Below are positions 1-10,232 of a stretch of 64,000 bases of DNA, piece by piece. Below the pieces are notes generated by a model that saw only the letters and a list, made by a program, of their open reading frames with translations, was not told the DNA's origin and made no database searches. The DNA is taken from positions 3,619-67,618 of the forward strand of contig CAZBSV010000210.1 of assembly GCA_964494795.1 (NCBI GenBank). The letters run 5' to 3'. A program made the position numbers and the translations under genes. The number at the start of each line of letters is the position of its first letter. Positions within the stretch are counted from its first letter, which is position 1. The DNA is from an uncultured Spirochaetales bacterium (lineage in GTDB: Bacteria; Myxococcota_A; UBA9160; SMWR01).

Positions 1-354
1 GTTGAGCTCGGGCGTCGCACGAGGGCTCGGCTTTCCGACAAAATCCACGGCACCGAGCTCGAGCGCGCGAAACACGTCTTCTTCGCCGGTGCGCCCACTG
101 ATCACGATCACCGGAGTCGGTCGCTTGTTCATCACGACCCGCAAGAACGTGAATCCGTCCATGCGCGGCATTTCTAGATCCACCGTAATCAGATCGGGCT
201 GGAGTTCGAAGGTCTTGCGCAGCGCCTCCTCACCGTCGCGCGCAACACCGACGACTTCGACGAGCGGAGACGCGTCGAGCATTCTCGTGATCGCGTGACG
301 ACTGAACGCAGAATCGTCGATCACCAACACTCGGATCGTCGCCCGATGCATCAT
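1..354 (-). CDS. cheB: Chemotaxis methylesterase CheB, N-terminal REC part (runs off window start)
   Basis: Manual translation [19 protein letters not shown]...[12 protein letters not shown]...GAVDFVGKP (CheB-type receiver). ATG overlaps cheR TGA (ATGA). Catalytic domain lies outside the window. Confidence 0.85.
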   Translation of the reverse strand, partial: MMHRATIRVLVIDDSAFSRHAITRMLDASPLVEVVGVARDGEEALRKTFELQPDLITVDLEMPRMDGFTFLRVVMNKRPTPVIVISGRTGEEDVFRALELGAVDFVGKPSPRATPELN

Positions 355-1289
355 TTGTCGAGCTCCTGGCGGTCGGAACTCGCAATCGCAGCAGCCGCGG
401 CGATGCTCCACAGATTCTCGGAAGCCATGCCGGGCAGCGGCCGGCGATACACGAGATCGCGCCTCAGGTGACGCAGTTCGAATGAAGTCGATAGATTGAT
501 CAGCGACTCCGAGTGTCCCAAAAGGAGATGTCCTCCCGGGCGCAACTTGTCGTAGAAGGTCCGTATCACCTGACACTTGGTGTCCAGGTTGAAGTAAATG
601 ATCACGTTCCGGCAAAGAATCACGTCCATGGTTCGAAGTAACGCAATCTTCGACTGGTCAAGGAGATTCAAGTGAATGAAGTCGACGTCTCGCTTGAGAT
701 CATCGGAGATCTGCCAGAGTCGATCCTTTTCGATGAAATATTTACCTCGGAGATGAGGATCCGTCTCCCTGAACGATGCCTCGCGATACACCCCCTTACG
801 CGCCTTGCGAAGCATCCTGCGAGAGATGTCGGACGCGTAGACGTGAATGTCGACGCCTGGCTTCAGCCCGGCCTCGCGGGCGAGCATCGCGATGCTGTAG
901 GGCTCTTCTCCGCTCGAACACCCGGCGGACCAGACGTTGATGGGTCGATTACCCCTTGCCGCGCGCTCGAGATGGAGTTCCGCGAAGATCTCATTGATCA
1001 GTGCCCGAAGCTGGCTCGACTCGCGGAAGAAGTAGGTCTCGTTGGTCGTCAATTCGTCGATCAGGTTCGGAAGCTCCTCCGAACCGGTACTGCTGCTGCG
1101 AACCCGATAGTGGTAGGCAGCAAAGCTCCCGAGTTCGAGTTCTCGAACCCGCCGCGCCAGGCGTCGCTCGAGCAGGAATCGCGACATTTCACTGAAATCG
1201 AGACCAGAATGTTCGCGCACGAGGTCGGCGAACATCCGAAATTCGGCATCGGTGAGAGCCAGATCGTTGCTCGGGCGGGTCGGATTCAT
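351..1289 (-). CDS. cheR: Chemotaxis methyltransferase CheR
   Basis: [31 protein letters not shown] and GHSES motifs. Confidence 0.95.
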   Translation of the reverse strand: MNPTRPSNDLALTDAEFRMFADLVREHSGLDFSEMSRFLLERRLARRVRELELGSFAAYHYRVRSSSTGSEELPNLIDELTTNETYFFRESSQLRALINEIFAELHLERAARGNRPINVWSAGCSSGEEPYSIAMLAREAGLKPGVDIHVYASDISRRMLRKARKGVYREASFRETDPHLRGKYFIEKDRLWQISDDLKRDVDFIHLNLLDQSKIALLRTMDVILCRNVIIYFNLDTKCQVIRTFYDKLRPGGHLLLGHSESLINLSTSFELRHLRRDLVYRRPLPGMASENLWSIAAAAAIASSDRQELDK

Positions 1290-3400
1290 CGGACCTCGCC
1301 TTCGAGTCTCTTGAGGGCCGACAGCGTAACCTCACGCACGAAGTCGTGTTGCTCGACGTCGAGGCAGCGAAGAATGGCGGGAACGCCGCGTATCAGATTG
1401 CGGTCGGCAACCGTCTGGATCGCTTCCGCGCGGACCGACCAATCGCAATGCTCGATCAGCGGAAAGAGCACTTCGACGGCACGGGCATCCGAGTGGAGGC
1501 CGATGCAGCGTATCGCCGCGCGCACGAGCTCGGGTTCCGGCCGCGTGAGGATTCCCGCAGCGCGTTCGGCGGCGACCCCTCCCACCTCGCAGAGCGCTTC
1601 CATTGCCGCGAGGGCAACCGGAGGCTCGTCGGCCAGCGCCGTATCGATGACGCGCAACATCTCGCTTCGACTTCGAGCGGTTTCCGATTGACTGAATCGA
1701 AACACCACGGACCGGACCGCAGCTGCGCGAACCCCGGAATCTTCGTCGTCCGCGAGCCGCTTCAGGTCATCGACGACGTCAGCGTTCGCGGATGCCCCGA
1801 GTGCTCGCGCCGCAGCGATTCGAACCCTCGGCGATTCGTCGGCAAGGGCGAGTCGAAGCGGTTCCGCGGCGGTTCCAGGCTCGAGACGCGCGAGCGCCTC
1901 GACGGATGCGCGCCGAACGGAAGCGCTCTCGTCCTTGAGTAGGAAACTGACGATCTGTGAATCTTCAGAGCGGCCGATGCGCCCGATCACCGTGGCGACG
2001 GCGAGTCGCACGCTCTCCGCGGATCCAGCCAGACAAGCGATCAAGAGTTCGATCGCTCTTTGCGTGACCGCGGAGCCCTTCCTGGGCCCGGGTGCAGCGA
2101 GCGCGATCAGGCCATCGATGACGGCTGTGAGCTCCTCTTCGGACTCAAAATCGTCCTCGGCTGCGGCGGCGGAAAGCCGCATCACGAGTGGCGCCAAGCC
2201 GAGTTCGAGACCGCGGCGACCGATCGAACGAGCCGCCGCGGATCGAACCTCGATCGACGGATCTTCCAGTGCCGCCAGCAATCGAGCTGCGCTGCCTGCT
2301 CCGGAAGTGCGACCAAAGAGCACGCAGGCATCCCGTTTCGATCCGGCGTCGAGTTCGGGCCACTCGGCGTCGATGATTTTTTCGGCAACTTCGTCGAGGT
2401 CTTCGAGCGTCGCGAGTGCCGTGTCGCGGAGCGCGTCATCGCGGCCGGCCTCGAGGATCGGCAGTACGGAAACGGCCGTTGCAACAATCCCGAGAAATTG
2501 AATCAGGACCAGCTTCATCGAAAGATCCGCCTCGGGAAGGCGTTCCACCGCGCTCGAAACCACGAGTCCATTCGCCAATGCGGAAGCCCGAATTCGCGCG
2601 ATCAGCGAGCTGCTCTGATCCGGCCCGAGTCGCGAAGCAAGGCGCAGCAGCGAGCGGATGGCAGCCTCGCGGCTGGAACGGGAACCGGACCCGAGCGCCT
2701 TGAGCAGCAGCATGATGCCTTCATTGTCGTCTTCTGCGCGCCCAAGCAGCGAAAGGCCCGCGTGACCGAGGATCGGATCGCTCAGCACGGATCCGAGTTC
2801 ACTCGCGCAAATTGGATGCTCGAGCGCATTGAGCGAATGAATCGCGGAGAACCGCACCAACTGATCCTCACAGCTGTCGGCGGCCTTGCGAATCAGAGCC
2901 TGCGGCACGCCGGCGCCACCGATCGCCCCGAGCGCGTCGGCAGCCGATGCGCGGACATTCGGATCCGAATCTTCGAGCATCTCCAGGAGCGAATCGCTGG
3001 TGGACGGATCCGCGATGCCCGCGAGTGCATCGATCACGAGCTTTCGCACGTCGACATCGTAACTCGTGCGTTCCGCGAGCAGGGCCGGAATCGCCCTTTC
3101 CCCGAAGTGAATCAGGGCGTCGACCGCTGCATTTCGGCGGCCGGGATTTTCACCGTCACCGAGCGCACCCACGAGCGCGTTCGCCACATCCGCGACCTCG
3201 CTGCGCGCGACGAGGCGTTCGATCGAGGATTTTCGCACGCGCCAGCTCGAATCGCCGAGGCATTCGATCAGGCGGCGGATCGCGTCTTCCGACGGCAGCG
3301 CGTCGACGCGCTCTACCGCAAGCCGGCGAACTTCTTCGTCACTGTCGCGAAGGTCTCGCACGATGCTCGCGCGATCCCTTTCGTCGAATTCCACGCTCAT
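1286..3400 (-). CDS. HEAT-repeat protein (~704 aa)
   Basis: Repeated L.D....VR..A..ALG units. Start MSVEFDER at 3400 overlaps the upstream TGA; the extension of the 962-aa ORF lies over another gene. Confidence 0.85.
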   Translation of the reverse strand: MSVEFDERDRASIVRDLRDSDEEVRRLAVERVDALPSEDAIRRLIECLGDSSWRVRKSSIERLVARSEVADVANALVGALGDGENPGRRNAAVDALIHFGERAIPALLAERTSYDVDVRKLVIDALAGIADPSTSDSLLEMLEDSDPNVRASAADALGAIGGAGVPQALIRKAADSCEDQLVRFSAIHSLNALEHPICASELGSVLSDPILGHAGLSLLGRAEDDNEGIMLLLKALGSGSRSSREAAIRSLLRLASRLGPDQSSSLIARIRASALANGLVVSSAVERLPEADLSMKLVLIQFLGIVATAVSVLPILEAGRDDALRDTALATLEDLDEVAEKIIDAEWPELDAGSKRDACVLFGRTSGAGSAARLLAALEDPSIEVRSAAARSIGRRGLELGLAPLVMRLSAAAAEDDFESEEELTAVIDGLIALAAPGPRKGSAVTQRAIELLIACLAGSAESVRLAVATVIGRIGRSEDSQIVSFLLKDESASVRRASVEALARLEPGTAAEPLRLALADESPRVRIAAARALGASANADVVDDLKRLADDEDSGVRAAAVRSVVFRFSQSETARSRSEMLRVIDTALADEPPVALAAMEALCEVGGVAAERAAGILTRPEPELVRAAIRCIGLHSDARAVEVLFPLIEHCDWSVRAEAIQTVADRNLIRGVPAILRCLDVEQHDFVREVTLSALKRLEGEVR

Positions 3401-4518
3401 GCCCCGCTCCTCGCTTTGGCGACTCGAAGCAGCTCCTCGGCCAGGAAGTCCCGTTCCTGTTGGATTGCGGGATCGACGCGAGCCGCGAAGAGTGAGCGAC
3501 CCTCTGCGAGATCGCCCTTCATCGCCTCGAGAACGTTGCCCGCACGGACAGCCGCTGCGAACTTCTCCTGGCTGTAGAGAACGATGTCGGAGACCACGAT
3601 CCGAGCCAGGCGCTCGGCCTGTTGAATCCTCTCGTCGATGCCCGCGCCTCGCCCCGGCGCTGAACCGGAAGCCTTGGCGGCTTCGAACTTGGGAGCCGAC
3701 ACAGCGGGCCTGGCGACAGAAATCGGCGCGGCGGCCGGAGCCCTCGCCGCCACCTCCCGCTCGGGCATCAGCGTCGCGGCCCGCACGCTCACGGGATCGA
3801 CGATCGGTCGAACCCGTGGCGAGGCAACAGCTGCTTGCGCGGCGCGCGGTTGCGACGACGGAGCGACCGCGGGGAGCATCCCGAATTCTGCGAAGATCGA
3901 GTAGAGAGACCCGGGCAGATCCTGGCGCTCGACGTACGCGTCGGCTCCGTAGATCTCTTCGGGCGGACGTCGATAGCGGGTTCGATCGTGAATCGCACCC
4001 ACGAGCACGACGTGGATGTCGCGCAGGCTCTCGTTTCGCTTCACGATCTCGCAAACCTGAAAGCCAAACATCTTGGGCAGCGCGGCATCGATCACGATGG
4101 CTCGCGGCAGCAATCGCTGAATCGCGAGCATTGCCTCGACTCCGTCGTGGACCAGCGTCGGCCGAAGGCCCCATTGCATCATGGCACTGGCCGTCGCCTT
4201 GCCCTGTTCGATCTCTGGATCGGCGATCAAGACCGTCTGCTGCCGATCGGCCGCCGAGCGCTCCGGGATCGGCGGCGTCGGGCGGGACATCGGCGGCGGC
4301 AGTGACGGCGCGGGCATTCTCGGCGCTTCGGCTTGCTGCGCGGCAACCGGTCGCGTATGCGCCTCGCGAACCGCTTCCCTCGATTCTCCGACAGCCGACG
4401 GCCGACTCACCTGGAATACGGCTTCACAGCGCGAACAGCGCAGCCTCACGCCTTCGGGCCGCAGGCGGTCGGATTCCATGCGGTAGCGGGCCGCGCATCC
4501 GGGGCATGCGACGATCAT
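3397..4518 (-). CDS. Zinc-ribbon (MJ0042-like) + atypical receiver + C-terminal helical domain protein
   Basis: MIVACPGC...RLRCSRC (two CxxC), Pro/Ala linker, REC-like core (AIVIDAALPKMFG), C-terminal AERLARIVVSDIVLY. Confidence 0.8.
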   Translation of the reverse strand: MIVACPGCAARYRMESDRLRPEGVRLRCSRCEAVFQVSRPSAVGESREAVREAHTRPVAAQQAEAPRMPAPSLPPPMSRPTPPIPERSAADRQQTVLIADPEIEQGKATASAMMQWGLRPTLVHDGVEAMLAIQRLLPRAIVIDAALPKMFGFQVCEIVKRNESLRDIHVVLVGAIHDRTRYRRPPEEIYGADAYVERQDLPGSLYSIFAEFGMLPAVAPSSQPRAAQAAVASPRVRPIVDPVSVRAATLMPEREVAARAPAAAPISVARPAVSAPKFEAAKASGSAPGRGAGIDERIQQAERLARIVVSDIVLYSQEKFAAAVRAGNVLEAMKGDLAEGRSLFAARVDPAIQQERDFLAEELLRVAKARSGA

Positions 4519-4584
4519 TGCGGCGCTCCGAGTCCGCGATCGATGGTTTCAATTGTCATGTCTCCCCCGTACTCGCTCACCGCT

Positions 4585-7158
4585 TCAGAGCCGAAGCCGA
4601 TGTACGTCCTGTCTGAGTTCAGCCGATTGCTCCAACAGCTTCTTGGTCGCTTGATCCATGCGGCGCGCGGACTCCTCGTTGGCGCGAGTCTGCGCGAAGA
4701 CTTCCTCGATGAACTCGACGGCAGACCGACATGCTGCGGCCTGTTCCTGAAGAGCCGCGTTGATCTGCTCGACCGCATCCCTCTGGCCTTCGACACTCTC
4801 GCGAATCCGACCGGAGCCGCGAGCCTGTTCCTCTGTCGTACATCGCACCTGCTGGGCGACGTCGCGCATCGAAGTGGTGTTGCGATAGACGACCGTATTG
4901 CCCCGCTCTTGCTCGGTCGCGGCGTTGCGGATCTCGTCGACGCCGCCGCGAACCCTTTCCATGAGTTCGACCACGTGCGAGGCCGCGCGGGCTTGCGCTC
5001 GCACCGCCTTGAGGATTCCCTCGATCCGATGACCGCTATCTCGCGAAGCACGAGTAATCTCTTCGAGCGAAATGCCGGCCTCAGCGGACAGATCGACTCC
5101 GGATGCCACGCTTTCGGTACCGCTCTCGATCGCTCCGATTGCGTTTTCGCTCTCCGCCTGAACCGCGCGAATCAGGCTTCCGATCTCCTTCGTCGAGGCA
5201 AGCACCCGATCCGCGAGATCCTTGATCTCGTCCGCGACGACGGAGAATGCGCGGCCGTGCTCACCGGCCTGCGCGGCGATGATTGCGGCGTTCAGCGCGA
5301 GAAGATTCGTCTCATCGGCCACATCATCGATCACGTCGACGATCGCACCGATCTCGTTCGTGCGACCACCGAGGTTCCGGATCACCTGCTCCGCGGTCTC
5401 GGTCGCGATCCGGATTGCATCCATTCCTTCGATGGTCTGCCGGACCTTGTCCCGCCCGAGCTCCGCGGTCGACACGACGTAATTGGAAAGCCTCGCAGAC
5501 TCTTCGGCGCTCTCGTCGACTTCCATCAGCGAGTTGGCCATCAATTCCATCGAGGACGACGTCTCCATCGCAGCTTCAGAAAGCGCCCGAGTGCTCTTCA
5601 CGACCTGACTGACACTCCGAACGATCTGCTCCATCGATGTCGACACTTCTTCCACCGTTTCGGAAAGCGTCGCGGCGGTTTCGTTCAGATCATTTCCCGC
5701 GGCACCCAACTCCAGGATCGAGCTGGAGGATTCCTCGACCGATCCGTTCAGCACTCCCGCGGAATCTGCAATGCCGCGAACCTGGCCGTCGATCGCGTCC
5801 ATCGAGAGAGCCGCCCGTTGGATTCCAGCGACCTGATCCGCGGTCACCGCGGCGACACCGCCAGAGATCGACGCGATGTCGGCGGCCATCTGCTCGAGCC
5901 GGTCCGCGGCTCCGAAGATTCGCGAAAGCGTCGAGCGAAGCGATCCGGCCATCGCCTCGAAGTCCCGCGACAGATCCCCGATCTCATCCTCCGATTCCAG
6001 CACCCTCTCACGATGCAGATCTCCGGAAGCCATCCGAGCGACATTGTCGCGCAGTTGGGCCACGGCGCGGATCACATCGCTCGAAACCAACCAGGCCAGC
6101 AGGCCGCCGGTCGCAATCGCGAGCACCAGCAGAACGACGAACGGAATCCAGATTCGCGCCGTGTCGAATGCAACCGCGCGGCGCGGCGTGGAGACCACGA
6201 GGACGCTACGGTCCTCGAGAGCTCGCCACGAAAACACGCGCCCGAAGAGCCTGGATCCGCCGCTACCGCTCTCGATGCCGCGCTCGCGCTCCTCCCTGAT
6301 TTTTGCCACCAATCGGGCGTCGAGCATGCCGCGCCCACTCTCTTCGGCGTCGGAAAAATCCAACCGCGTTACATCGAGCGGTGCGGCTAGAGTCGATCGG
6401 TCTCCGAGAACCGCGGCGGTGGCCGCGCTGAGATCCTGGTCGTCGAGTCGGACGATCAATGCCTCGACAACACGGTCCTGCCAGCGCAGCGTAAACTCTT
6501 CGGCGCCGTCCAGCGTCTTTACGAAGATCAAAGCGAGTCCGATGAGGGCCGGAACGGCTGTCATCCCCACCACACAGCCGACCATCTTGGTTCGCAGCGA
6601 GACTGGCTTCAGCAGCGCTCGGCGCACCTCTGGATTCTCGATCTCGGTTGCCATTGCGGTCCGGGTGCTCTCGAGATCGCGCTTGATCACAAAGAACAGA
6701 AAGGCAGCCGCGACGGCTCCAGCGACGAGGCCCGCGCCGACTGCGATCGCACCGTCGTGCAGCCCGAACCACGGAAATCGCAGCGCCATCGAAACCGCCG
6801 TCATTCCCCCGGTAGCGATCCAGCCGATCAGCGCGGCAATCGCGAGCGTGCGCGGTAGATCCAGAACCGCCGCGAACACAGCTCTGCGATCCTCATCCGC
6901 GACCGCGTCGTCCAGGCTCCGATCCAGCACGATTGCGATTGGATCGCTGGTGCCGATCCGCAGCTTCACCGCGAGCGCCGAAGCGAGCACCGCGTACCCG
7001 CCGGAAAACGCGAACAGCCAGACCCATGCCTCGCTCGTGAGTTGCAAGAGGGTAAACAGCAGCGCAGCCAGGATCGCGGGGCCCGGCAGCGAGATGCCGT
7101 AGTAGAGCGAGAGCAGCCGCCGCCTGAATTCAGATGATTTGCGGAGATCAGAATTCAT
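4585..7158 (-). CDS. mcp: Methyl-accepting chemotaxis protein
   Basis: About six hydrophobic segments, HAMP (EDEIGDLSRDF), hairpin tip TNLLALNAAIIAAQAGEHGRAFSVVADEIKDLA. Confidence 0.95.
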   Translation of the reverse strand: MNSDLRKSSEFRRRLLSLYYGISLPGPAILAALLFTLLQLTSEAWVWLFAFSGGYAVLASALAVKLRIGTSDPIAIVLDRSLDDAVADEDRRAVFAAVLDLPRTLAIAALIGWIATGGMTAVSMALRFPWFGLHDGAIAVGAGLVAGAVAAAFLFFVIKRDLESTRTAMATEIENPEVRRALLKPVSLRTKMVGCVVGMTAVPALIGLALIFVKTLDGAEEFTLRWQDRVVEALIVRLDDQDLSAATAAVLGDRSTLAAPLDVTRLDFSDAEESGRGMLDARLVAKIREERERGIESGSGGSRLFGRVFSWRALEDRSVLVVSTPRRAVAFDTARIWIPFVVLLVLAIATGGLLAWLVSSDVIRAVAQLRDNVARMASGDLHRERVLESEDEIGDLSRDFEAMAGSLRSTLSRIFGAADRLEQMAADIASISGGVAAVTADQVAGIQRAALSMDAIDGQVRGIADSAGVLNGSVEESSSSILELGAAGNDLNETAATLSETVEEVSTSMEQIVRSVSQVVKSTRALSEAAMETSSSMELMANSLMEVDESAEESARLSNYVVSTAELGRDKVRQTIEGMDAIRIATETAEQVIRNLGGRTNEIGAIVDVIDDVADETNLLALNAAIIAAQAGEHGRAFSVVADEIKDLADRVLASTKEIGSLIRAVQAESENAIGAIESGTESVASGVDLSAEAGISLEEITRASRDSGHRIEGILKAVRAQARAASHVVELMERVRGGVDEIRNAATEQERGNTVVYRNTTSMRDVAQQVRCTTEEQARGSGRIRESVEGQRDAVEQINAALQEQAAACRSAVEFIEEVFAQTRANEESARRMDQATKKLLEQSAELRQDVHRLRL

Positions 7159-7649
7159 GCTGCGTTCTCGTGATCGCTCAGTACCGAGCGGTATACACTC
7201 TCGAGCAGGTGATCCAACGAGAGAACCACGATCGGCTCCAAACCGGGTCTTCGAACCACGGCCCGAGCCGTGTCGTAACCTGCTTGCATCGCGAGAAACG
7301 GCGGATCCTCCATCGACGCCGCGCCGACCTGGAGAACCTCGACCGCCGCGTCGACCACCAAGCCGACGACGAGGCCATGCGTCTCGACCACCACGATTCG
7401 CGTGCGGATCGACTGCTCCACCTTGCGCCCGTCGAGCGCTCGCCGGAGATCCACGACGGGCACCAGCGCACCGCGCAGATCGATGACACCCTCGATCAGC
7501 GCAGGCGACTTGGGAAGCGGCGTCACGCTTTGCCAGCGGACGACTTCACGCACGTTCAAGACGTCGATCGCGATCAAGCGACCTCCGACCTCGAAGCAGC
7601 CGAGAGTGACCTCGTTCTCCCCCGCAGCGATGGAAATGGCGTCAGGCAT
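7155..7649 (-). CDS. cheW: CheW adaptor
   Basis: VREVVRWQSVTPLPKSPALIEGVIDLRGALVPVVDL; start at 7649 overlaps upstream stop. Confidence 0.9.
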   Translation of the reverse strand: MPDAISIAAGENEVTLGCFEVGGRLIAIDVLNVREVVRWQSVTPLPKSPALIEGVIDLRGALVPVVDLRRALDGRKVEQSIRTRIVVVETHGLVVGLVVDAAVEVLQVGAASMEDPPFLAMQAGYDTARAVVRRPGLEPIVVLSLDHLLESVYRSVLSDHENAA

Positions 7650-8154
7650 TGCGACCCAGCACCCTGTCCAATTCGACCAACGAAATGAATTGATCCCCAA
7701 CGCTGCAGAGATCTTCTACTGCACCCGTATCCGATCCCTCGGCGGGCCGAATCGACTCGCTCGAAACCCGCAAGACCTCTTTTATGGCGTCGACGAGCAC
7801 ACCCACCACCTCGTCATCGCCGGTCTTGACCACGATGATCCGGGTCCGACGGGACGCCTCGACTCGCCCGAGGCCGAGCCGGATACGCAGATCGATCAAT
7901 TCGATCATTTCGCCGCGCAGCGAGATGACGCCGCGAACATCCTCGGGCAGCCTCGGAACCGGCGTGACGGGTCGCATCCGCACGATCTCCCGCACCCGCT
8001 CCACCGGAATCGCATACGGAGACCCCGCGAGTTCAAAACTCAGCAACTGACGGATCTCTTCGACTGAATCGTCCGGAGCACCCTGGCGCGCAGCGCTGCG
8101 CGCCAGCGAATCCCACTCGCGCGCCTCTGCGGCAGACGTGGTCGTTTCACTCAT
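7642..8154 (-). CDS. cheW: CheW adaptor
   Basis: YAIPVERVREIVR...TPVPRLP...GVISLRGEMIELIDL. Confidence 0.92.
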   Translation of the reverse strand: MSETTTSAAEAREWDSLARSAARQGAPDDSVEEIRQLLSFELAGSPYAIPVERVREIVRMRPVTPVPRLPEDVRGVISLRGEMIELIDLRIRLGLGRVEASRRTRIIVVKTGDDEVVGVLVDAIKEVLRVSSESIRPAEGSDTGAVEDLCSVGDQFISLVELDRVLGRNA

Positions 8155-10226
8155 GCGGACTCCTTCCGGCTCAGAGCGTCTTCGACCAGGCTCGAGATAT
8201 CGACGACCAAAACGGCGCCCTGATCGCCTAGCTCCGTCGCACCCGCAAAGCCGCGCAGGTTCTTGACGGGACCCTGGATCGGCTTGATGACCGTGTCCTG
8301 CTGTCCGTCCAGACGGTCGACGAGCAGCCCGATCCGCTGTTCGCCGAGGCCCACGATCACCGCGAATTGCTTATCCGTCGCCGACGACACCTCGAGCTGG
8401 AATTCCTTCGCGAGGCTTCGCAACAGGAGAGCTTCACCCCGGAGGTTCAGGATGTCGCGATTCTCGCTGTGCTGGATATCGCGGGTGTCGATCAGCAGGG
8501 TTTCGTGCACCGCATTGATCGGAATCGCAAATCGGTGTTCTCCGACTCCGACGATCAGGGATTGAATGATCGCGAGCGTGATCGGAAGCGTCATCGCAAT
8601 CGTGGTTCCGCGACCCGGAATCGACTCCACGTCCACGGCTCCGCCCAGAGCCAGCATGTTTTCACGCACCACGTCCATTCCGACGCCACGGCCGCTGGTT
8701 TCGCTGACCTGCGATTGGGTCGAGAGCCCCGGCGAGAAGATCAGATTGAGGATCTCACGATCACTCAACTCGGCCCCGCGCGAGATCAGACCGAGGGATT
8801 CAGCGCGCGCAACGAGAGCGTTGCGATCGATCCCCTTGCCATCGTCAGAGACGGAAATCACCACGTGGTTTCCGCGCTGAAACGCATTGATTTTGATGCA
8901 GCCCTGGACGTCCTTGCCCGCGGCGCGTCGCTCCTCGACGGTTTCGATCGCGTGATCGATCGCGTTTCGAACGATGTGCATCAAGGGGTCGACGAGCTCC
9001 TCGACGATCAACTTGTCGAGTTCCGTGTCCGCGCCCGAGACCTCGAGCTTCACATCCTTCTGGAGATCTCGCTTGAGCGAGCGAACCACGCGCGAGATCT
9101 TGTCGAATACCTGCCTCATCGGAACCATCCGCACTTCCAGAACCGCGGACTGGATGCCCTTGAGCTTTCGATCGAGTGATTTGTGGATCTTCGACAGCTC
9201 AGCTCCGATCTGGGCATTCTTGGGTTGCGCGACGAGCCGGGCCGCAATCTCGCCGATCGTCGAGCGCTGGATGACGAGTTCGCCGACGAGATTCATGAGT
9301 TCATCGAGTTTTCGAATATCGACCCGCACCGTCTCGCTGATCGAGCGGAGCGATTCGAGCTCGGATGGAGCCACGGGTAGAGACGTCGCGTCGACTTCCG
9401 ACTCGGGCTCCGACTCGGAGTCCGAGTCGGCCGAGACAACCTCGACGGCCGGCGCTCCCGCCCGCAGCGAGATCACTTCGGCATCCGGAAAATCGAGCAC
9501 GTCGCGAAGCTGTGCCATGGACAGATCCGAGGCAACGAGCAGCGAGAAGCGGATCTGGGCTTCTGGCGTATCTCCGGGAGCGGGTAGAGTCGACAACACC
9601 TCTCCGACTGCTCGAATCGAATTGGAGAGCTCAGAGAGCCCCTCGTCGAACGACATGATCGCGAACGTCGAGCTGACCAGCATGATGTGCCGGCCGCGGC
9701 GAATGCTCTCGCGCAGTCGATGTTCCTCGTATTCGGTCAGCGCTCGCAGCAGTGTGTTGTCGATCTCCAGGGACTGCAGCTCATCGCCGGCCGCAACCGC
9801 ATCCTTGGCGGAGGCCCCGATCCGCCTCGCGAGATCCTCGACCGGACCGTTGAATGCGGCGAGTGCTTCCGCGTTTCCGATGGACTCGAGCAGGCTCGCG
9901 AACGTGTGGATGGCCTCGTCGATCAACGCCACGCAAGGCGAATCGATCGACACCTTGCCGAGGCGCAGGCCGTCGAGAATGTCCTCGAGGTGGTGCGCGA
10001 GATCCTGGATCGACTCGAGCCCGAACATTCCGGCCAGGGCCTTCAGGGAGTGAGCGGAGCGAAACAGCCGGTTGACCAGGTCGGGGTCGACTTCGCCGCC
10101 CGCCGCGCGTTGATCGTCGAGATCGGCGTAGTCCTCGCGCATGCGCTCGAGGATCTCTTCCGCCTCCGATACGAACTCCTGGTCCGCTTTGCGCTCGGAA
10201 CGCGATCGGCCACCGCGAGTTGCCAT
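8151..10226 (-). CDS. cheA: Chemotaxis histidine kinase CheA
   Basis: HPt FRSAHSLKA, VRVDIRKLDELMNLVGEL, HIVRNAIDH, SGRGVGMDVV, C-terminal CheW-like P5; no fused REC. Confidence 0.96.
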   Translation of the reverse strand: MATRGGRSRSERKADQEFVSEAEEILERMREDYADLDDQRAAGGEVDPDLVNRLFRSAHSLKALAGMFGLESIQDLAHHLEDILDGLRLGKVSIDSPCVALIDEAIHTFASLLESIGNAEALAAFNGPVEDLARRIGASAKDAVAAGDELQSLEIDNTLLRALTEYEEHRLRESIRRGRHIMLVSSTFAIMSFDEGLSELSNSIRAVGEVLSTLPAPGDTPEAQIRFSLLVASDLSMAQLRDVLDFPDAEVISLRAGAPAVEVVSADSDSESEPESEVDATSLPVAPSELESLRSISETVRVDIRKLDELMNLVGELVIQRSTIGEIAARLVAQPKNAQIGAELSKIHKSLDRKLKGIQSAVLEVRMVPMRQVFDKISRVVRSLKRDLQKDVKLEVSGADTELDKLIVEELVDPLMHIVRNAIDHAIETVEERRAAGKDVQGCIKINAFQRGNHVVISVSDDGKGIDRNALVARAESLGLISRGAELSDREILNLIFSPGLSTQSQVSETSGRGVGMDVVRENMLALGGAVDVESIPGRGTTIAMTLPITLAIIQSLIVGVGEHRFAIPINAVHETLLIDTRDIQHSENRDILNLRGEALLLRSLAKEFQLEVSSATDKQFAVIVGLGEQRIGLLVDRLDGQQDTVIKPIQGPVKNLRGFAGATELGDQGAVLVVDISSLVEDALSRKESA

Positions 10227-10232
10227 GAGCGT

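Noticed and set aside
3401-4174. N-terminal 258 aa of the 962-aa ORF
   Set aside because: Arg-rich off-frame overlap with the zinc-ribbon gene; HEAT gene starts at 3400
4333-6390. Long + strand ORFs here and at 2060-3577, 15472-17481, 49014-50681, 58436-61222
   Set aside because: Antisense shadows of well-supported genes; expected in high-GC DNA; no motifs
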